Assembly (NCBI GenBank): GCA_030704615.1
Contig: CM060733.1
Location: forward strand, 7,812,001 to 7,876,000
From: Takakia lepidozioides
Lineage: Eukaryota; Plantae; Bryophyta
DNA: 64,000 bases
Reading direction: 5' to 3'
Part shown: positions 24,804 through 44,920 of the stretch, one piece after another
Layout: every line of letters begins with the position of its first letter
Position numbering within the stretch: position 1 is the stretch's first letter
Notes under the pieces: model-generated
The model's input: the letters and a program-made list of their open reading frames with translations, nothing else
Database searches by the model: none
Told to the model about the DNA's origin: nothing
Translations under genes and position numbers: made by a program

Positions 24804-25870
24804 CTCTCTCTCCCCTTGTTTGCCTAATGGCCCCGCAAACTGGGATAATGACGATGATGACATGGCAATGATGACATGGCATGATGATGATGTGGCATTA
24901 TGGCACCCTATTCCAGCTCTACTCTAAGACTAGTCTCCGACCTTCGGTGGTCACTGGACTGAAGAGCAGGGAGTGGGGATTTGACAGCAACTCTGCCGGA
25001 GGCCCTTCCCGGGTGGAGAAGTTGGGTAGCATATGTGAGCGGGCATGAGCACTGACCGAAGGGGGGTTGGATTCTAGTTGCCGCTTATTAGTGATAATAG
25101 CTATGAGGGAGCCGATCCCCATGAGGTGGATTGCCTTGAAGCATTTATGGATAAAAAAGATACGGATATTAAAAGTTTTTGTGTAATGCAATAATACTGG
25201 CGTTGTGATGCCATCTCTAGTACCAGCAGCGATGACGGTTAGTGGGCCGGTGTTCTTGTCTCCTTGGCGAATTGCGAGAATGAGTGAGGCATTTTTCTAT
25301 GGTTTGTCTAAAGTGGAGGAACTCGGATAACAATCACGGCCCTATGCAAATTCGACAAAGTGGATGGTGAGGCTCAGAAAATACGAAGATATTCAATATA
25401 TTAAAAATATATAGAAATAGAAACCATGATTTTAATTTTCCGTATTTTTTTCATTTTTTTTCTCCATTTTTTTCCGATAGTATACTAAATTGAAACTGAA
25501 CAATAAACAATAAACCAATTGCAGCCAAAAAAAGCTTAGAGGATAATGGTGGAACAACATAAATCTGATAGTTGACGGAATCCTGGAATGAGGGGTGAAT
25601 GAAACATTAAGTAAGAACAACAAGGCCGGCTGTGGGGTATATTCTTGTATCTTTTTGTATATTCTTATCCTCTCCTGAGAAGGCTCTTGCCTGGAAACAG
25701 TCAAAACCGGGACTTTCCATTTCACAAGAATTTTGAAATACATTTGAGTCAACGTCTCCTCATGACGAACTTGAAAGATTCTCTTTGGGTTGCTCTACAA
25801 ATCTTTTCTATGATAATAACGGAAGGATGTCGTGGGTGCGCGAATTTGTAGTAGAGCTCAGCTTCCTGAG

Positions 25871-26541
25871 CTATGGTACGAGTTGGTTAGTGTGCTCAGA
25901 GGGAGAATTTGAAGCCCACCCGAGCATCACGCTCTCCTTCTCCACCCTCACCATGCCTGGCTTGCCCCCTTTCACTCTCTTCAAGTGCTTCAGGTTTGTG
26001 TACATTACGTCCACTTTTCCAGCTCCCCGTGCCTGGTGATCACAAGAGAACACATGATATTACCTGACAATAACCTAGAGCCAGCAGTGAAACCAACGAC
26101 CAATGATGTCAGAGAAGCTCCAATACACAGACCTCACTATTCAAGATACTACTCGGACTACAGTTCCTGTGAAAAAAGTGTCAGTAACATGGAGAACACA
26201 AATGCACCTGAGAAACAGAACAAACCTTCGAGAAATATGCCGCTAAATCAGCTGAAAATTGGAAGTCTTCATCTGATGGAGGTTGTCCAGGTGGTACCCG
26301 CAGTAGTAGCTGCCATTCCCGATATCACCAAAAATACAAATCAGATTCGCCATTAGTCCTTTGGGCGGCTTTAGTTGACTGTGGCCCAACACCCAGAAGA
26401 AATGAAGGGGGCAGACACAGAAGGACATTTATATACGCCACTGTATCATAACCTATGCAGAATTCCTTGGACCAAGGGTGGAGTTTTCATTCACAAGTTG
26501 GTGGAATTTTAAGCTGGAATATCGACAACTCTACACAGGTT

Positions 26542-26591
<50 letters not shown>

Positions 26592-29500
26592 AGACAACAG
26601 AGAAGCAATATATTACGTCCACGGACATAGTAGGACAACACAAAGAAAAACAGGTAAAGAGGTTACATGGCAGCCCGGAACATTGCGAGCATGGAACCAT
26701 ATATCATAGTCCGTAGCTATTCGATTTGTCAGCACATCGTTCTGACGATTGTTACGACCGACCAGCACTTCAAACCCTGTACACAAACCCTCATTCAGTA
26801 CCTGTGGCGATGACCAGACAACTTGCTATCAACAAAAAGCACCATAAATGGATATGTAATTGTGTCTTGAAAGACATGTCTGGAAGGCTTCTTAATGTTT
26901 TGAACTTGAGAGTGACAAAAAATTAGGCCATTAATCTTGCATTCAAAGAATCTTACCTGTGATGCAGTAGGTAAGTAGTATAAGGGCACTAAACAGAGAG
27001 ACAGATGTTCAGCAGTGCAAGGTTTAGGGTTAATCTACATTTAGCTTGAAGTAATATGGACAATGCTCTGGGAACCACCTTACCGGATGGTGAAGTGTAT
27101 CGGCGCATATTTCCTGTGAGAATCTCAAGCGCTGATTGTTTCTTCTTCCGTTTGTTGGAAGGGGGTGGACCACCTACATCAAGCAAGAACATCATGGCAC
27201 TGCGGCACCCATCAGATCATACAATCAAGATGTCTCTCTAGATTTCTGTCAATTTTTGTACTGTTTCACTGGAAGAAATGAAATGAAATGAAATGAAATG
27301 GTACTTTATAACGTCTGCGGAAAGCTCAAAGAGCTTATGGGACAAAATGGAAGAAACAAGAGAGAGGAAACAAAATCAGAGCCAAAAAACAGCCAAAAGC
27401 AACTACTGCTCAAGGGATTGTCTAAGGGTCAGCCTCGTGCAGGTAAGCTGCCAAGCATTTCTGATCCTGATAGTGGAAGACTTCAGTGAGAGATTGAGTT
27501 CCACGGAATAGACAGTGGAATCTCCCACGGATCTCATAATATAGAGGGCTATAAAAGAAAAAGTGTTCTTCAGTTTCAATTTCCTGGTTGCACCCGGTGC
27601 AAGATGGGCATAGGCGGTCCTCCTGTTGCAGGTTTTCCCATCTACCAGTCCCTATCCGTAGATTGTGGGAGCCCACCCTGAACCGCTCCAATGCCCTCAG
27701 GAGGGAAGGAGAAATGAAATGAAATGGTGCTTTATAACGTCCGCGGAAAGCGCATAGAGCTTATGGGACAAAATGGAAAGAAAAACATGAGAGGAAACAG
27801 GAAACCAGAGCAACTATTGTTCGAGTGATTGTCTAAGGGTGAATGCCTCGTGCAGGTAGGCTGCCAAGCATTTCTGATCTTCATAGTGAAAGACCTCAGT
27901 GAGAGATTGGGTTCCACGGAATAGACAATGGAATCTCCCACGGATCTCATAGTATAGAGGGCAATAGAAGAAGAAGTGTTCTTCAGTTTCAATTTCCTGG
28001 TTGCGCCCTGAGCAAGCTGGACAGAGACAGTCCTCCCGCTGCAGGTTTTCCCATCTGCCAGTCTCTGTCCGTAGGTTGTGGGAACCCACCCTGAACCGCC
28101 CCAAAGCCCTCAGGAGAGAAGGAGATAAAGAGGCCGAAAGGTAATTGGGCCACAAGATTCTATCATCTCGGAGAACCAAGAATGTTTCTCGATAGAAATG
28201 GAGCTTTGCCGTGAGGTTGGGTAACTTCCAAGTTCTCCTGACATGTAGCTCCATGAGCTCCTTTCTAATGAGTTGGTTGCGGTCGTGCTTGGATGTGATG
28301 TCCACCCCTTCTGGGTTCACTGGCAATAGTGAAGCAATAGAGAGTCCATGGCGTTCAAAAAAGGTATCCACACGAGCATACCAGGATTGTTTGAAGCCTG
28401 CATTTTTGAGTCTCATAGATGTGAGGGCCCTGGCCACAAGCCCCTTGGGGGGAAGGGCTTGTAACCTATGCAGGAAAATTGTAAGCCGGAAGAGGGCCTC
28501 AGTTTGAAGTGGCACACAGGCGAATTCTGCATTCAGTATGTGAGATGGAGTTGTGCCTCTGGCGCCAAGCATTGCTTGGAGGAAAGATGACTGCAATGGT
28601 TCCAGATTCTTTTCCCACCAGGAAACTGGGACCGCAGGTGCCCGGAATTCACAACCGAAAGTGGCATTTGGGGTGACCACGCTATCAAACAGCCACTTCT
28701 TGGTCGGTGGATGGCGCAGGTGTATCTGTTTGCATTTGGCCTGAAGGCGGATGGAGGCTGCCTTGCCTTTTGTCAATCTGTCTAGGGCAGTAGCTGCAAA
28801 CTGGAATTTGGGGGAGTGGATAACCAGACCCAGATACCGGTAGGATTTGACTATCTCAACCTTGCGATTGTTGAGGAAGAATTTGCGGTCGGCCTGCCCA
28901 TTGAAAACCATGATCTTGATTTTGCTAAGGTTGACTTGCAGCCCATAGTCTTTGGTGAACTGTTCCAGGATGTGGAGATGGTGTTGTAGGAAGACAGGAG
29001 ATTGTGACAAAAGGGCAACATCATCCGCGTAGAGGAGATCTGATTGTGTTGGTCCTCCATCCAATGGCACCCCAACTCCATGGTTGATAAAGGCGTCGAA
29101 AGGTAATTGGGCCGCAAGATTCTATCATGACAGAGAACCAAGAATGTCTCTCGATAGAAATGGAGTTTTGTTGCAGGATTGGGTAGCTTCCAAGTTCTCC
29201 TGACATCTAGTCCCATAAGTTCCCTTCTAATGAGTCTGTTGCGATCCTGTTTGGATCTGATTTCCACCCCTTCTAGCGAAGCAATAGAGAGTCCATTGCG
29301 CTCAAAAAAACTTCCAAAAAGATAGGAGGTTGACCTGTTGAAGCTACTCAAATCAACAATGATGAGGTAGAGATTCATATGCTTATAACTTGATAACTAG
29401 TTCAGTAAGTTCAACTCTTAGAGGTTTCAGGCCAAATTGAATCCACCACCAAATGGCAAAAAGGGGGTGGCAGTCACATTCAACCAGTGACAGCAACAGT

Positions 29501-32500
29501 TGGAAAGACGATGAAATTTTCCAAGAGAACAAGTGATGGGTTATCTAATGGTCAAGACACATACCTGTGGCAATGGGCTTGAGGTAGCCACCCTCAATCA
29601 GCTCATCACGAACCTGCTTTCATAAACCCAGCCCCAATTAGATGGAATCTTCTCATCACTACTTTGGGAATACATCTCATATGACACATGTTTGGCGTGG
29701 ACAATTGCCAACACATCTGGGGGCATTGCCGCCAGCCTGTTCAAAACACTAACGGCCTCCTGTAAGGATGAATTAACAGATAAGTACAGAAGAGCCAATA
29801 GAAGTAGCCCACACACCTCTTCAAGACTTCTCAAGTCCACAGTGCTTTCATATACCTCCAACTGCTGTAACAAGACCTCCACCTGCCCACAACCGAGGAT
29901 GAGTGCAAATCTAGAGATTATACAGCATGATGAAATCCTGAAGCCTGTTGGAGAGCAGAAGCATTCAGGGAATGCGTGGAAGCAGTATAATCTACCGGGA
30001 TGACCCCTATTGAGTCTGTTGCTTGAAGGCCCTGACTTCAGCAGTTCATGTTAATCTTGCAAAGAAGCTGCAAAGACGTGCATTGGGGTTTCTCTTGCAA
30101 CAGTTGCAATGGACTGCTACCCGAAGAAGTCGCCTTTTACCTGGGCTAGGTAAGAAAGTTCATCTTTTGCATCAGCAAGTAGGGGTGCGACTGCACGCAC
30201 TGACCTCTTCAGCTTTTGACTGCCAAAATACAGAGACCAATTCCAATTATGTACCATTTGCAACACAGCTGAAGTCGAACTTTCGAAACATGGAAATTTG
30301 TTCACAACACTGCAGCAGCTCAAACATTAATCTGCGCCCAGAGGGTTTTCTCTAATTTTCAACAATTCTTGCAATCAGACCCAAAGAAATAAACTGAGAG
30401 GGAATACCTGCGCTTATAGAGCTTTTGAGCAGTTATGAGTGCAGTTTGCCGCGGATCTAATGCAATGGTAACTGGCCTCCCTGTGTCAAAGTCAGGCAGC
30501 TGCATCCCTCCTGTGTTACTCATCCCTCTGGCTAAACCCCTAAGTTCTTACTCGAAACTACCCTTGCTACATTTTCTGTTAATCATCCCTCTGGCTAAAC
30601 CCCTTAGTTCTTACTTGAAACTACCATTCCTACATTTCTACTGTGTCCCCTAGGCCCTTTGGCAGTGGATGGTAATAAATTCATTCTTCTTCATCTCTTC
30701 TTTCCACCTCTCGGCTGAGTTCTGTGTGCCTGCTGAACTTATCAGGGTCTCATTTGTCACTTTCTTCATCACACACTGTCTCCCCTTTCTTCGCACTAGC
30801 TAAGCAATGATAGCCACGTGTCACATCTATGCAAGGTAGGAGATATAGTAAAACTGCTGAAATCAGAAATGTATTTTCATCTATGATGTCAATGCACACA
30901 ATTCAAACTACAGATCCCTGCAGCCAGGTTGTCATAAGTGGCACACAAGCTCTAAGGCAATCTTTGGCTCGATTATTATCCCTGATTGGTGGGAACCCTA
31001 TGCCTGGCTCTGGAATGATTGACAATTATATTCTTCAGAGAATTCATTGCCAACACATGACAATACATAGCTGTGTTCGCATACTTTGTCAGCATGTCCA
31101 CCAATACATCTACTGTCTAGGTGTTAATATCCAAAAGGTCAACTAGAATGTGAGGCTCACTTCAAACAACCACAAGGCTCACCTCAATCGAAGAGTTGCC
31201 AGGTTGGCACGCATGCAAATTGGCCATCAGAAGGTCTGCTGTTCTGGTAAGGCCCTCATATTCGTCTGCAGCTTTTGTCTGGTCTTCATAGATCTTTACC
31301 TGCAGTATCCCTTTTAGTCATGTTATGAAATGGAGAGAGATTTAACAGGGCAATCCAGGGGGGGCTGTCCAGGGGTCAGACTCAGCATCCCCCAGTGTGC
31401 TACTGAAGACAAAATGAAGCTCACCCTTCCATTGTCCTAGCCCATAATGGCAGCAATACCCCAGACGTTATTGGTCAGAAGATCAGCACAAGTAGAGAAT
31501 TCTGCTAACGTCCAAGCCTTGATAAGAGGTACAAACCTTAGATTCTGCTTTTCTAAATGAGGTGCCGACCTTAGCAACCAGCTGCTGCCTCAGCTGCACA
31601 TCTTGACAGGTCCCCACAACATCTGTCATAAGAAGGAAGAAGGTTATCTTACCTAATTTCTAATATGACCACCCACAGAGAAGGAAAGATTATAACAACG
31701 ATAAAGATGTGACTAGAGTACAACAGATAGAATGGATGATAGTATCATCCTAGGACATAGGCTCTGCATCGCAGCAGAAAAAGAAGAAAAGTATTACATC
31801 CACTGGAAGCCCAGAGGTCTATGGGACACAGTGAGCAACAGGAGGCAACCAAGAGAGCGTATAAAAAACAAAATATTTCTCGGAGATGAAAGCAAAGCAA
31901 AGCAAAGGAACTTCATAAAAAACGTTTTACAAGAAATAACTATTCTGTCCCTGAGAAAGAGAAATTAAGAAACTTTGGATGTCCACAGGAGTCCCTTAGG
32001 GCCCATGGGACCAGAGAGAGCATAAGAGAGCCACAATAGGAGAGACAGAGAGAGAGTCGCAGACACACCTGCTGAAACTTCTCAGAGTCAAGAATGCGAG
32101 TGTAGTAATCATCCACCATCACAAGAACACTGCCTGCAACTATGTTGGTATCTTTCTCACTCAAAAGCATGTAGGGGCCATCTCCCCCCAGCACACTGTA
32201 GAATCCAGTACTCCTGCAGTATCATTCATAGTCTACCTGAAAGATATCAGCCAATGATCCAAGCGAGACCCAGTACTAAGCCAAGAAATGAATGGAGGAA
32301 AAAAAGTAAGTTGCTACAGAAGAGGCACAAAGAGATGCAAAGGAAAGCCAAGGAAGAAACCTAACAAGACCGGGTGTGAAGTTCATCTCTGATATGGCTG
32401 TTAGCCAATCCAGCCATGTCTTGTGTAATGCACACCACTCATCTTCTGTCACCTCAGCAACAATCTGTGCATGAAAATCAAATAACAGTTCAGTCAAAGT

Positions 32501-35110
32501 TAACTATTAAGGCCAAATGGCAGAGAGAGAGAAGAAATTACTGTGACTGTGGGAGGGCCCTATGGGTCAGATGAACTCGTGAGACAACTGCATCTAATTT
32601 TGCCCAAATGAAGAGAGGTTACAGAAATACAGAGAGATAAGCCAAATAAAGGAATTATGAAAGCAACTCACGATGTCCGTGCTTAATCTGGTCCGAGAGA
32701 TGAGCTCTCCAGCCAAACCAGGACCAACTCCACGGAACATTTGCACCTGTGCCAGAGTAAATAATCAATTCCTTATGAAAGGACTTTTGTTGAGATCCCC
32801 CGCACTTGGACCTCAGTCCCCAGAGGTAGCTGATACAATTCCCAACCATATTAATGAGAGGGGAGTAAGGGGAGAGGAGGAAAAAAGTTAGAAAGAGATG
32901 CCCACCAGACTGCCGAGTAGCTTCGCCTCCAATGCAGCATGTATGATTGACATCCACTCAGTCATCCTGAAAAGGATAACATCACTCCTTAAATGCACAA
33001 CTTCAATGAATTTTCTTACATCACCCAAAAAACATTCCTGCCATGGGAAACAACATCCAGGGGTTGGATACAATGCAGTTTGGGCACTTGCAATATCCAC
33101 AGTTGGAAATCCAGCTTGTTGTGTGATTGTGGCGGGTTTATTGAGCATATTGATACAGTGAGATATAAACCTGGAGCTACTTACCCGTGGCAAGAAGAGG
33201 GAGCAGAGCCTTGGGCTGCTGGGGGCAAGTGATACTTCCCACCCACTTGTACCATCCTCACACTTGTCATTTTTGATCCTACCTGCCATCCAATCCCACC
33301 TCAGACAATCAACGTCTTGTTTCAAACCAGGCAATATTAGCAGCAGAACATCTCATTCCATATTGTAGTTACAGGAATTTCTCATGCTAAAAAGAGAGTG
33401 CTACATTCCTACCCAACTCCAAGATCCACAAACGCCAAAACAGTGACATTGTGGCCGTACCACCTAAGACTGACATGTATGAAAGTGTGGACATGACTGA
33501 CCTGATAGGCGCATGCCAGAATGCCCATCTCGGCATTGGCCAAGAAAACATTGCTGTATCGCCCCATTATCTCAACAAATATGTGCTTTGAAGGTGGGTC
33601 TGAAGGTCGACCACCAAGCCTTAGCTCTGCAACTCTCTCCCATTCTTCAGGAACGCACACCTGCATATTGGACATCAAGCTCTTTGTCTTAGATGTGTCT
33701 GTAAAATCATAGAGATGAACCACCACAGCGAGGTCAATTTGCAAAACACAACACAGCACTTGTGTGAATGAAAGGGTTTTCTCACCATGCTGTAAACTCA
33801 TGAATATTTGGTATCACATAAGTTTTAGCTTTTGTTGTCAGAAATGAAGGAGAGCTACCTGCTTGTCTGCAATTGCTGGTTTACAATGAAAGCAAGATTG
33901 AGGGGTTTGGGTTCTACAGAACCTTGAGAATAGCCATGCCCTTGAGAAGATATCGAAGCTGCTCCCCAAATGAGAAGCTCTCAGCTACAAATGGATCTCC
34001 AGCTGATGCTTCTCTCACACTGATGTGGGCACAGGCAGGGTGCCAACATAGGCGGAGCCAGCCTGTCTTTTCTATCGTCCGAATTGCCAAGGCCAGAGTG
34101 AACCGGTCTGTTTGCACAACCTTCTCGATTTTAGCAGGAACCCAGGTTGAGGCCAGCTCTCTACATACTGCCTTGATTGCAGTGTAGTCCATGGCCTGCA
34201 CTGCACAGCTCAGTAAATGGAGCTGCTTAAACTGGTTAGAAATGTGACCAATTCAGGGTTGAGTGGTTAAGTCTTGCCTGCAAATAACTTCATGTAGGTT
34301 GACAATGTAGCTGAAAATCTTAAGCATCCCTTCTCGTAGAACTTGTGTTTGATTCTCTGCACCAGTATGTGATTTCAATAGAATCTGATATACAGCTTTT
34401 TAATTGTACCACTTAGCATTCCTTAGCATCTATGTCCAATTCACTGGGTGGAAAGTTCATGGAAAGGCCAGAAGGCAATAGCAAAACTCTTGTAACACGA
34501 AGTCTACTGCCCGAGGGTCCATGGGACAAAGTGGAACGACAAGAACCATTACTGTGAGCTCCCCCTTATACCCTCACGAAAACCCTTCAAAACACTGACA
34601 TCTCTGAATTGAGGCCAACCTCACAACAAAGTATCTCTGTTATAGTTCCACATTTTCAGGAATCTGGTGGTTCGCAATAGTGCAATTTACCCACATACCT
34701 CGTGCTTTGGCAAACACCTGCAAACTGAGCCTTCTCCTCGCTGTCCACTGGCGCCTGCCTTTGTTTGAACTGTTGCTTGGGCACTTCCCCGGCGGCTCTG
34801 ACCACCTGCTTGGCTGATCTTTCCACCATCCATTCGACGCAATCAATGTGTCCTGTCTCCCATCATAACCCATTCTCGAGGAATATGAAGCGCATCCAGA
34901 AAAACCAGGAATAGCTCGATGGGCATCATTAGAGAGAGCCCACATTGAACATGGTGTACCCAACTGGCCCATTAAGGCAAGTGGAATGAAGAATGGTCTT
35001 GAAGTCGTACATGGAGAAGAGGAGGATCGATTCACAAATTTGAATTCTAATTTTGTACTGGACTCGAAGTGCAACGGATGCATGGGGACAGATTTCTGGA
35101 GGTTACTCAT
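25871..35110 (-). CDS. Bacterial-type NFACT / RqcH (FbpA) ribosome quality-control factor with an N-terminal transit-peptide-like extension, multi-exon
   Basis: NFACT-N: [16 protein letters not shown]...[20 protein letters not shown]. Middle: [13 protein letters not shown]...AQKLYKR. NFACT-R: [11 protein letters not shown]...[28 protein letters not shown]. The start codon is uncertain. Confidence 0.88.
26547..26588. repeat. (GA)n microsatellite in an NFACT intron
   Basis: About 21 GA units, directly visible. Confidence 0.95.
27274..29310 (-). mobile_element. Three stacked 5'-truncated fragments of a non-LTR retrotransposon (RTEX-like LINE) in an NFACT intron: ~27274-27710, ~27711-29075, ~29095-29310
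   Basis: ORF 27814..29070 has LLYADD, YRYLG and a C-terminal [19 protein letters not shown]...C. (CATTT)n tails lie at ~27275-27300 and ~27711-27726. Confidence 0.9.
30521..30640. repeat. ~61-bp direct duplication in an NFACT intron
   Basis: TCATCCCTCTGGCTAAACCCCT.AGTTCTTACT.GAAACTACC...CTACATTT occurs twice. Confidence 0.8.
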
Positions 35111-35982
35111 AGGGAGAAAATGGCTACAGGATACGAAAACAAAACCTCTTCAAGCCATTGCAAGTCATGCCGAATATGAAAGCAGACTTCATTTGCAAGG
35201 AAGGATTTCGAGGGTCACTTCCAACAAAGAGTATGCATCCTAATGTGCTCAAACATACACTGCCTTTGCTAGCAGATAGGAGGAACAGAAAAATGAGACG
35301 AGCAAAGAAGAGTGACGATGGGAGATGTAGATGGCGGCATTTGGGTGGACACGATTGCATAGAGAGTATTCATATTTCAAAAGTGGTATTGGCCAAACGG
35401 GACGTCAGAGTCCCCACATCGATCGGAGCACACATTGAATACAACTGTTTCCATAATGACCCCTTAGTACGACTAACAAATCTGGCCCTACAGAACTTCA
35501 GCTTCGCGGAAAGTCGAAGGAACTGGGGGCGGTGTGTATAAGAAGCAAGCATTGCATTACTGATATTTGCTTGGCTGATGAAGTAGGAATCAAGTCTAGA
35601 GGGGGGATGTTATTGCAATGGCTTTCCGGATTGTGTGTTATGGGCGGGAACCACGGGTAGCGTAGCGTGTTTTGCTGCTGGCAAGAAAGGCACGGTGAGT
35701 GTGTGGCTTGAGTCAGCGACATATGGGTCTTAACTCTTAACGAGGGCAGATTGACGCCCGTAGAGTTTCCAAATCAACCAACATCGTGATTTTGCGGATG
35801 TTGTCAACTCAGCTTTAATTTTCTGCCAGTGATGGAGATGTGTAGCTGAATACTACAGTGCGTCGGCAAGTCAATTGCAGTGCTCAGACCCATTGTCAAT
35901 GAGTGCATCCTCTCACTTCCTCAGTTTCACACCAATTCTTTTCAAATTGTCTTGATGCAGGGGAGGCAGTGCAGCATGTGGG

Positions 35983-42781
<6,799 letters not shown>

Positions 42782-44099
42782 AAGCATGCTATTTGTAGCT
42801 TTATGGTCGAGTTGGCAGTTCAATTTTACACACACTCTTAAATGGAACATGTCCACAAACTATTAATTGAACCCTCCTCAAGTTGGAATGAATTTGGTCA
42901 ACTGAGTAGTTGTTAAATGCTGTCTTCCAAATATCATGTAATATATACATAGCTGGAGGTAGGGTAAAGAAGGCCTCTTCCGCTTGTGGGTACTTACCCC
43001 TTTCAGGGGTGGGCTCTATTATATCATGTAACATTTGAATACGGCGCAGTGATCATTCACTGATTCTGTATCGAATTGAAGCCTGATAAGTTTCTTTGCC
43101 CTGTCATTGAAGCCTTCCTGCTATGACCGTAAGTTGGTTGACATCATGTTATAATCCTAGCCACGGGATCCAGAGCTGACCTCCTAGTAGCTGTCTCAGC
43201 TCTGTGGACAATGGAAGATGGAGAAGAAGAGTATTTGCTACTATCACCTGTATGACCTCCCAAATAGCACCACCCCTTGTTCTTAGGTAGACCTGATAAT
43301 TCTATGCTGAAACAAGATGCTTGTTCTTGAACTAATGTTTTTCAGTTCAGGGTCACTGCGATGCCTGGCAAGTGCAAGCAACCGTTTCTGTTTTGGCAGT
43401 GCTTCTATGTATCCTCCAAATTCTTCAGATTGTCCAGAGGCGACTCTCTTCCTGGGGCTTATTGGGACGACAACAACTCATGCATTTCAAAACCCTTGAA
43501 GATGTATCTAAAGTCAAAGCATCAAGTGTTCTAGTAGACTACCTAGACAAGAGCCCTGAGGTACTTGGTGCTGGATCCCAGACTATTGGGGGAAGTTTTC
43601 CAGCTTAGATCTTAATTCGCTCTACTGAACTGGCATGCCTACTGGACATACAAATGCTGTGGATTTCGTCAGCTAGACCCTCATGAACGATTTCACACAT
43701 AAAAAATTTGGATCTGTCTGTGGGCGACATATTCAGATCGTTTATCTTACATGAACGACCTTGATTGTATTCTATGCACGAGCGGTGTGAGATAGTTGGC
43801 CTCAAATTTAAAAATTGTTTGTGCAGGCACAATGGTGGTTGAGAGAGTCAGACTCGGAAGTTGCAGACTAAATTGGAGTCACTCTTCGTAGGACAGTTGA
43901 CAAACAACTGGAGACACGGTAGCGCGCTTGGAACTTCTTTCGAAAATGTATGATATCTTGCTTAGATTCAGGAATGCGAGTTGTGAGTTCTGCACCTGAT
44001 ATTTAGACTTCTCATTGCGATGAGCCAGACAGTACGTGTTACAATCTTGAAGATTTGTCATTGCAAGTAAGAAGACAATCCTGAAGGCATTGCTTCTAT

Positions 44100-44901
44100 T
44101 TACACGGCTAGGCTAAAGAGGCTGCAAACAGCAGACAGAGTAAACCCAAGCAGAATCGCAGCAGGAAAATATTTTTTCGCTTAAGATTTTATGTAATTCC
44201 AAATGGCGCGAGCCTTCCCCTTCAACCCCTCATCGTCCATTCCTGAATATGCCGGCTCCACGAAAGTGCGAGAGTTCTCTTCGAAGAATTTCTCAAGACT
44301 CTCGACTAGATGCAGTAGAGATCTCTCCCGCTTTGCTGAGTCGCATTCTTGGACACACTGAGGGTCCGAATCGTCGATCGGGGGGAAGTCGACGCATATG
44401 CATCGCTGTCCATATTCCCCGTATCTTTCCTCCAAAGCTTTTTGGTTCTCATGCATCCAGACTTCCGGATTCTTGGCCTTAGTGATGACAACGACAATGC
44501 CTTTTTCGGCACCTTCAAACACTTCCAAGAATGTTTTCCAGATGAGTTTGTCGAGGGAGTCGAATCTCCCAGCTGCTTTGACAAAAAGGATGTGGGAGTA
44601 ACATCCGGCCCGAGTCCTCTTCAGAAACTCGTATATCATATCTACTACCGTCTCGCCATCATTATTATCTTCGCCGAGTCCGACTGTCTCGACGACTTCG
44701 AATCCTCCCCCGCTACTCGTGGAGCACTCCCTGCTCACACCATCCATACCGTCCCATGGGGAAGACAGGGTCACGAAGATGACCGCGAACGAGCATGTTG
44801 CCGATTGTGGATTTTCCATCTCCAGTTTTGCCGAAAAGTAGAACCTTCATATTCTGCTTCATACTAGGATTGTGGACGGGTTTTTGGCCTGCTTGACCCA
44901 T
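44100..44901 (-). pseudogene. AIG1/GIMAP-type P-loop GTPase, copy 2, with a frameshift and a premature stop
   Basis: G1 GKTGDGKST is in ORF 44713..44901. The rest (VETVG, FVKAAGRF, VITK, VDFPP) is in ORF 44181..44819. A hydrophobic tail follows the TAA at 44181 in frame to a stop at 44100. Confidence 0.8.
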
Positions 44902-44920
44902 CCTTCACTCTGTTTCCCCT

